Shown piece after piece: positions 58,244 to 64,000 of a stretch of 64,000 nucleotides of DNA (its first letter is position 1; the number at the start of each line of letters is the position of its first letter). This stretch comes from Kiritimatiellia bacterium (GTDB lineage Bacteria > Verrucomicrobiota > Kiritimatiellia > RFP12 > UBA1067), in contig JBMNFY010000017.1 of assembly GCA_050949565.1 (NCBI GenBank), forward strand, positions 576,001 through 640,000, in the 5' to 3' direction. The notes beneath the pieces are model-generated. The model was not told where the DNA came from, searched no databases, and was given only the letters and a program-made list of their open reading frames with translations. The position numbers and the translations under genes were made by a program.

Positions 58244-60628
58244 CTATCGCCGACCAATTACCTCGTTCTCATTATCCCGTTTCGTGTCCGTGATTTCAAT
58301 AGCGTTTTCCGGACAGGCCTGATGACAGATGCCACAGCGCGTGCAGAGCGCGGAATCAATCTCAGCGCGCTCCAGCGGCGTGAAGGCGATCGCCTCGACC
58401 GGACAGTTCTGCGCGCAGAGCGTGCATCCGATGCAACGCGACGTCACGCGGTACACAATCAGCGCGCGGCATTTACGCGCCGGGCAGACGCCGCGCACAT
58501 GCGCGTCATACTCCGCACGGAAATAGCGCAACGTCGAAAGCACGGGGTTCGGCGCGGTTCGTCCCAATCCACACAGGCTGCCGTCGCGCACCGTACGGGC
58601 GAGGCGTTCAAGCCGCGCAACATCGTCAGCATCTCCCCGCCCTTCGCAGAGCCGATCCAAAATCTCCAGCATGCGCCGCGTACCGATGCGGCAGCCCGTA
58701 CACCGCCCGCACGACTCAAGCTGCGTGAACGCCAAAAAGTAACGCGCGATATCCACCATGCAGTCGGTGTCATCCAGCACCACCATGCCGCCCGACCCCA
58801 TCATACCGCCCGCCTGCACCAACGCCTCGAAATCCACCGGCCTGTCGGCCTGGGCCGCCGGCAGACAGCCGCCGGACGGACCGCCCACCTGCACCGCTTT
58901 GAGTGCACGGCCCTCGCCAACGCCCCCGCCAATGCGCGTGACGATCTCGCCCAGCGAGAGCCCCATCGGCACCTCGACCAGTCCGCCGCGCGCAATCTTG
59001 CCGGCCAGCGCAAAGGTCTTGGTGCCCGCGTTGCCGGACGTGCCCACCGCACGGAACGCCTCAGCGCCGTGCCGCACGATCCACGGCACCGTCGCCAACG
59101 TCTCGACGTTATTGACCAGGGTCGGACACGCCCGGAACCCGCGTTCTGCCGGATACGGCGGACGCTGCCGCGGCACACCTCGGCACCCCTCCAGACTCGC
59201 CAGCAGCGCGGTTTCCTCGCCGCACACAAACGCCCCCGCTCCCTCGACCACACGCAGCGCGAGACGCCGTCCGTCGCGCAGCGTCAACCAGCCCTGCTGC
59301 TCCAGTTCCTCAATCGCGGCGCGGATACGGCTCACCGCCAACGGATACTCGTGGCGGATGTAAAGGATCCCTTCACAGGCACCGACAGCATGCAGGGCAA
59401 TCAGCATTCCCTCCAACACGCGGAACGGATAGGACTCGAGCAGCATACGATCCATGAACGCACCGGGATCGCCCTCGTCGCCGTTGCAGACCACATACGC
59501 CGTCTGCGTGCCGCTCGCCGCGCGTGCCTGCGCGACCGCCCGCCACTTGCGCCCCGTGGGGAAGCCGCCGCCGCCGCGCCCGCGCAGTCCGGCGGCATCG
59601 ATCATGTCGATCACCTCTTCCGGCGTCAGCGCATCGCGGCAACGCTCCAGCGCCGTGAAGCCGCCGCGCCCGCGGTAGTCCGCATAATCCAGCGGCGGCC
59701 ACTCACCCGCACCTTCGGTGGCGATACGCTGCTGACTCAGCCAATAACTGGCGTCCGCTTGATCACGCACACTCAGCGGGAAGCGGACCGGCGGATCATC
59801 TCCCTCCCCCGCAAAGGCCTGTTCCGCCCAGGCGCGTACCGTCGCCTGTACACGCGCCGCGAGATGTGTCGGCTTGACGTGCGCCAGCAGGATCGACTCG
59901 ACATCTCTGGGACGCACACGCCCGTAGCGGAAGCGACGTCCGTCGTCCAGCGCGACTTCAAGCAGCGGAGCATGGAACGAACCGCCCGTGCAACTGACCT
60001 CACGCACCGCAACCGGCAAGCGGCGTTCGCGCGCCACCCGCCGCACCTCGCTCAACACGGCGTCCGCCCCGGCTGCGGCGCAACTCGAGCAGGCGCAGAG
60101 CCGCACCATGGCACCCAGATGATCGGATTCGCTCTCCGCCGCAGCGTCGCCGACCCGTTGCTCGCCAGCCCGCACATCAGCCAGCACCGCCCGGACACGC
60201 GCCGGCGTCACATGGCCATAGATCGTGCGGTCGACCTGCACCGCCACCGCCAGCATACAGCATCCCAGGCAGGCCACCTTCTCCACCGTGAATTCACCCT
60301 GCGCGTCGGTATCCTCGCCCGACGCAATTCCCAGTTCGCGGCAGAAGGCTTCGTAGGTGCGATCCGCGCCCTTCACATGACAAGCCGTGCCGATACACAC
60401 CTTGATGGTGTGCCGACCGACCGGGCGGAGACGGAACTGCCCGTAAAAGGTGGCGACGCCCGTCACCTCGGCCTCGCTCACACCAAGCTGTTGCGCCACC
60501 GCAGCGAGTGCTTCAGCCGACAGATAGCCCTCCTCATCCTGCACCGCCTGCAACACTGGGATCAACTGCTCGCGTCCACTTCCCACGCAACGCGCAAGCT
60601 GCTCTATACGCTCTCTTGTCACGCGCAT
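58244..60628 (-). CDS. fused NuoE/NuoF-like (HydC-HydB type) NADH-binding flavin iron-sulfur protein
   Basis: CIGTAC and CLGCC; GLRGRGGGGFPTG, DEGDPGAFMDR, GAFVCGEETAL, GGPSGG, CGRCTGCR; two C-terminal CxxCxxCxxxCP motifs. Confidence 0.9.
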   Translation of the reverse strand: MRVTRERIEQLARCVGSGREQLIPVLQAVQDEEGYLSAEALAAVAQQLGVSEAEVTGVATFYGQFRLRPVGRHTIKVCIGTACHVKGADRTYEAFCRELGIASGEDTDAQGEFTVEKVACLGCCMLAVAVQVDRTIYGHVTPARVRAVLADVRAGEQRVGDAAAESESDHLGAMVRLCACSSCAAAGADAVLSEVRRVARERRLPVAVREVSCTGGSFHAPLLEVALDDGRRFRYGRVRPRDVESILLAHVKPTHLAARVQATVRAWAEQAFAGEGDDPPVRFPLSVRDQADASYWLSQQRIATEGAGEWPPLDYADYRGRGGFTALERCRDALTPEEVIDMIDAAGLRGRGGGGFPTGRKWRAVAQARAASGTQTAYVVCNGDEGDPGAFMDRMLLESYPFRVLEGMLIALHAVGACEGILYIRHEYPLAVSRIRAAIEELEQQGWLTLRDGRRLALRVVEGAGAFVCGEETALLASLEGCRGVPRQRPPYPAERGFRACPTLVNNVETLATVPWIVRHGAEAFRAVGTSGNAGTKTFALAGKIARGGLVEVPMGLSLGEIVTRIGGGVGEGRALKAVQVGGPSGGCLPAAQADRPVDFEALVQAGGMMGSGGMVVLDDTDCMVDIARYFLAFTQLESCGRCTGCRIGTRRMLEILDRLCEGRGDADDVARLERLARTVRDGSLCGLGRTAPNPVLSTLRYFRAEYDAHVRGVCPARKCRALIVYRVTSRCIGCTLCAQNCPVEAIAFTPLERAEIDSALCTRCGICHQACPENAIEITDTKRDNENEVIGRR

Positions 60629-60641
60629 GATCTTAACAAAA

Positions 60642-60663
60642 ACTCCTAAATCCTAAATCCTAA
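60642..60663. repeat. (CCTAAAT)x3 heptamer run
   Basis: Same unit as 56281-56310. Confidence 0.7.
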
Positions 60664-60717
60664 AGAACGGTTGCTTGATTCCCGCAGTAAACGCTATCAT
60701 GACCGAAACGAAAGCGA

Positions 60718-61581
60718 ATGTTTTTTATGAGCAGTTCCGACTATCTATTCTATCAGTTTCTTGCCGCCAGCTTTGCCACGCTGTTCGGGGCTTGTGTCGG
60801 CAGCTTCTTGAACGTCTGCATTTACCGCATCCCGCGCGATGAATCGGTGATCGCACCGCGTTCGCACTGTCCGCACTGCAACACGCTGATCCCATGGTAT
60901 CTCAATATCCCGGTGTTGAGCTGGCTTTGCCTGCGCGGCCGGTGCGCCACCTGCAAAGGCCCGATCTCCTTCCGCTACACGCTAGTGGAGTTGCTGACCA
61001 GCATGCTCTTTCTGGCGGTCTTTATGCAATGGGCGGTACCGAACGCGCTGCACATGACGCCGATCACCGACCCGCTGATCATCCCGATTTACTGGCTCTT
61101 TCTCTCGGGGCTGGTGCTCGGAACCTTCGTAGACTTCGAACACTTCATCATCCCAGACTCCGTCACGATCGGCGGTATGGTGGTAGGTCCCCTGTTGAGC
61201 GCACTGGTTCCGGCGCTGCACGGCCAAACCGTCTGGTGGCAGGGGCTACGTTGTTCAGTCACGGGGCTGGCTGTCGGTTTCGGCCTACTGTACGCGGTCG
61301 GCTGGCTCGGCACACGCGCCTTTAAGAAAGAGGCCATGGGGTTCGGCGATGTAAAACTGCTGGGCGCGATCGGCGCGTTTCTGGGATGGAAGGCGGTGCT
61401 CTTCACAATCTTCGCATCGTCGCTGCTGGGCAGCGTAGCGGGATTGCTGTTAATCGCCTTTGGCGGGGTCAAGATGCAGAGCCGCATTCCCTTCGGCCCC
61501 TACATCTCGATGGGTGCCACCGTCTGGCTCTTTTGGGGAGAGAAGATCCTCGCTCTATACATCGGTCTGATGCGGCCTTGA
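60718..61581 (+). CDS. pilD: prepilin peptidase / N-methyltransferase (A24)
   Basis: GSFLNVCIYRIP, SHCPHC, CATC, MGFGDVKL, IPFGPYI. Confidence 0.95.
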   Translation: MFFMSSSDYLFYQFLAASFATLFGACVGSFLNVCIYRIPRDESVIAPRSHCPHCNTLIPWYLNIPVLSWLCLRGRCATCKGPISFRYTLVELLTSMLFLAVFMQWAVPNALHMTPITDPLIIPIYWLFLSGLVLGTFVDFEHFIIPDSVTIGGMVVGPLLSALVPALHGQTVWWQGLRCSVTGLAVGFGLLYAVGWLGTRAFKKEAMGFGDVKLLGAIGAFLGWKAVLFTIFASSLLGSVAGLLLIAFGGVKMQSRIPFGPYISMGATVWLFWGEKILALYIGLMRP

Positions 61582-61613
61582 ACGGCATGCGACAGTGCGC
61601 AAAGGAAATCGAC

Positions 61614-62204
61614 ATGTCCGACAAACTGTATGTCTCAGCGAACGACTACCTGCGCGACTGTTTTCGGTTGGCGCGCATGGTCCTCGACTCCGGCTGGTTG
61701 CCCGACGATTTGATCGTGCTCTGGCGTGGCGGTGCGCCGGTCGGTGTGGGTGTTCACGAATTTCTCCACTACCACGGCCTGCGGCCACGCCACCGTGTGC
61801 TGAAGTGCCAATCCTACACCGGTATTGAGACGCGTGAACACACGGTCACATTTGACAACGCGGAGGGCCTGTTTTGCTCCCTCCAGACTGGTTCGCGCGT
61901 CTTGGTGATTGATGACGTCTTCGACACCGGCAATACTGCACGCGCGGTCTTCGAGCGTCTGCGCCCCCGCTGTGTCGAGGCCCGGCTCGCCACCGTGTAC
62001 TGGAAACCCAACGCCAACCAGACCGACCTGAAACCCGATTACTACGTGCACGAGACCGACCGCTGGATCGTCTTTCCGCACGAACTGGACGGCCTGACGC
62101 CGGATGAGATCAAGCAGAAAGACGCCGTGATTTTCGACCTATTCAGTCCACGTACATCGGCGGCGGCGCAGCCCGCTCGAAACGGCCCGTCGGACCGGTC
62201 TTAA
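61614..62204 (+). CDS. type I phosphoribosyltransferase (purine salvage-like)
   Basis: LWRGG, PRPP loop VLVIDDVFDTGNT, WIVFPHE. Confidence 0.9.
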   Translation: MSDKLYVSANDYLRDCFRLARMVLDSGWLPDDLIVLWRGGAPVGVGVHEFLHYHGLRPRHRVLKCQSYTGIETREHTVTFDNAEGLFCSLQTGSRVLVIDDVFDTGNTARAVFERLRPRCVEARLATVYWKPNANQTDLKPDYYVHETDRWIVFPHELDGLTPDEIKQKDAVIFDLFSPRTSAAAQPARNGPSDRS

Positions 62205-63276
62205 CGCCGGAGCCGGTGAGCTTGAACAGCATCGTGATGCCGGCCACCATCAGCACGACCATCAGCACGCCGAGACCACCGAACACCCACGCCCGACGCG
62301 GCAGGTTCAAAGACGGCAGATTCAAATGCGGCAGACTACGCCCGACCCCGTCTTTGAGCCGGGAAATCCCGTCCATGAACGTCTGCATGCGCGCACGGCG
62401 GCGAGCCTGCACCTCTTCATCTTCCAGCGTGGGCATGGCGTCGCGGTCTATCCTTCCGCCGATCTGGAAAATCGGCAACTTACCCTTGTGCGCTACGGGG
62501 GTCCTGGGTTCAGCGCGCGGGTGATGCTCCGCCTCGGCATCTGTCGGCACAGGCGCGGGCTCCGCGTCCGCACCGCGCTCTGCGTGAGAAGCAACGGACG
62601 CCGCGCGGAAGAGATCCAGATCATCGGTCTCGTCATAAGTCTGCTCCGGCTCAACCACCAGCACCGGCCGGAAATCTTTTTTGGGTTCGGGAGCGCGACT
62701 GGTCTCCGACGGCGTCGACACGGCAACGACCGGCGATTCATCCGCCGGGGGTGCCTCCCGTTGTTCAGCATCATCCGGCAGCGGCACCGAACGCACCGCA
62801 GGGCGCGGCTCCACCGACTGACGCTGCGGCGTGCGCACGGCCACCGGCGCATCGTCCGCAGTCTGCGCTGACGGCGTCGGCGCAGGTTCGGGCACCGACA
62901 CAGTCTCGGGCACAGATGTCGGTGCTGAAACAGATGCTGGTGCAGGCGCTGGTGCGGCAGGCGCAGATGCCGGTGTCGATACGACCGCAGGCGCGGGGTC
63001 GGCGGCCGGCTCGACCTCCTTGGTCACCACCGCCGGAGGGCGCGCGCCGCTGTAAAGGTTCATGAAATCACGGATCAATGGCTCGGGGTCCAGTTCCAGA
63101 AGTTCAGCGTACAGCTTAACGAAACCACGACCGTAGATCGGTGCAGCAATGCGGCGGAAATCCTCTTTTTCGAGTCCCTCGACCACCTGTACCAACATAT
63201 GCGTGCTCTCGGCCACATCTGACGGAGTCAGCCCTTTTTGCACGCGTGCGTTGCGCAAGATCTCACCAAATGCCAT
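62143..63276 (-). CDS. RodZ-like helix-turn-helix membrane protein
   Basis: FGEILRNAR, YGRGFVKLYA..L.LD; Pro/Ala linker; single TM; located downstream of ftsK. Confidence 0.8.
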   Translation of the reverse strand: MAFGEILRNARVQKGLTPSDVAESTHMLVQVVEGLEKEDFRRIAAPIYGRGFVKLYAELLELDPEPLIRDFMNLYSGARPPAVVTKEVEPAADPAPAVVSTPASAPAAPAPAPASVSAPTSVPETVSVPEPAPTPSAQTADDAPVAVRTPQRQSVEPRPAVRSVPLPDDAEQREAPPADESPVVAVSTPSETSRAPEPKKDFRPVLVVEPEQTYDETDDLDLFRAASVASHAERGADAEPAPVPTDAEAEHHPRAEPRTPVAHKGKLPIFQIGGRIDRDAMPTLEDEEVQARRRARMQTFMDGISRLKDGVGRSLPHLNLPSLNLPRRAWVFGGLGVLMVVLMVAGITMLFKLTGSGVKTGPTGRFERAAPPPMYVD

Positions 63277-63305
63277 CGCTCACCTCACCGTTACGTTACA
63301 CCGAA

Positions 63306-64000
63306 TCACTCCGGGCTTCCTTCCCCGGCCGCCGTATCACTATCGTCATCTGCTGCGGCAGTCTGATCCGCAAAGGGAGTATTGGAAGGGATTTCATTGT
63401 CTAAGTCAACCAAGATCTCGCGTGTGTTGGAACCGACCTGCGGTCCGACGATGCCGCGCTCCTCCAGTTTGTCCATCAATCGTGCGGCGCGCGTATAGCC
63501 GATACGCAGGCGACGTTGCAACATCGTAGTCGACGCGCGGCGTGTCATGCGGATCACCTCCAGCGCGTTGGGGATCAGTTCGTCATCAGGATCGTCGCCC
63601 CCCCCGGCCTCCACGTCTGCTATGGGTGCGCCGTCTTCTTCAATGTCATCGGCCAGAGTGTCATCAGGGTCATCCTCTTTGATCTTGTCGAGCCGTCCGA
63701 TCAGCACCTGATCGTAACAGGGCTGGCAATGCGTCTTGACGAAATCGACCACACGGGAGATCTCTTCGTCGCTGACCCACGCGCCCTGCGCGCGCATGAG
63801 TTGCGACCCCTCGCGCAAGAAAAGCATATCGCCCTTACCGATCAACTCCTCGGCGCCGGGGCTATCGAGGATCGTCCGGCTGTCATTGGATTGCGAGACC
63901 TTGAAAGCGATACGTCCGGGAATATTGGCTTTGATGGTGCCGGTGATAACATCCACCGATGGCCGCTGCGTCGCCAGAATCAGATGAATGCCAACCGCAC
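63306..64000 (-). CDS. ftsK: DNA translocase FtsK, C-terminal part (runs off window end)
   Basis: ATQRPSVDVITG.IKAN, SRTILD, GKGDML; gamma domain LQRRLRIGYTRAARLM. Confidence 0.95.
   Translation of the reverse strand, partial: AVGIHLILATQRPSVDVITGTIKANIPGRIAFKVSQSNDSRTILDSPGAEELIGKGDMLFLREGSQLMRAQGAWVSDEEISRVVDFVKTHCQPCYDQVLIGRLDKIKEDDPDDTLADDIEEDGAPIADVEAGGGDDPDDELIPNALEVIRMTRRASTTMLQRRLRIGYTRAARLMDKLEERGIVGPQVGSNTREILVDLDNEIPSNTPFADQTAAADDDSDTAAGEGSPE

Noticed and set aside
58037-60649. 870-aa plus-strand ORF and similar long antisense ORFs (3900-5057, 14776-16089, 19160-20629, 22027-23508, 37499-38698, 49554-50996)
   Set aside because: They are shadows of well-supported opposite-strand genes in high-GC DNA, with Arg/Ala-rich translations and no motifs.
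62820-63010. GC-rich quasi-repeats in the RodZ-like gene and the Asn-Gly run at the glgA start
   Set aside because: Explained by low-complexity protein linkers.

Overview
High-GC bacterial chromosomal window. Gene content suggests a PVC-superphylum anaerobe such as Kiritimatiellae (inference only). The backbone is housekeeping: mtnN, priA, serS, cdd-pdp, an OmpR-type two-component system, ydbH-ynbE-ydbL, larE, panC, hemL, a glycerol-3-phosphate cluster, glgB-glgA, queFCDE, a stand-alone NuoE/F (HydC/B)-type fusion, pilD, rodZ-like and ftsK. It is interrupted by accessory blocks (14.6-24 kb, 29.8-35.4 kb, 41-51 kb) of secreted glycan-active-like proteins, gene fragments and small lower-GC cassettes. 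I found no rRNA, tRNA, cas gene, integrase, intact transposase or reverse transcriptase. The main unexplained signal is non-coding: about ten intergenic loci built from a shared kit of modules (a repeated GGCA-N3-CTCGG linker alternating with variable 9-mer tandem units, heptamer runs, several REP-like hairpins). Some of these supply stop codons or an RBS to core genes, and two flank queF as direct repeats. Other signals are an AT-rich lipoprotein cassette bounded by 18-bp inverted repeats, a NucS-like gene with a possible attC half-site, a deletion fusing two pseudogenes, and a PP2C-GtrA fusion. All calls come from reading the sequence by eye; no searches were run.
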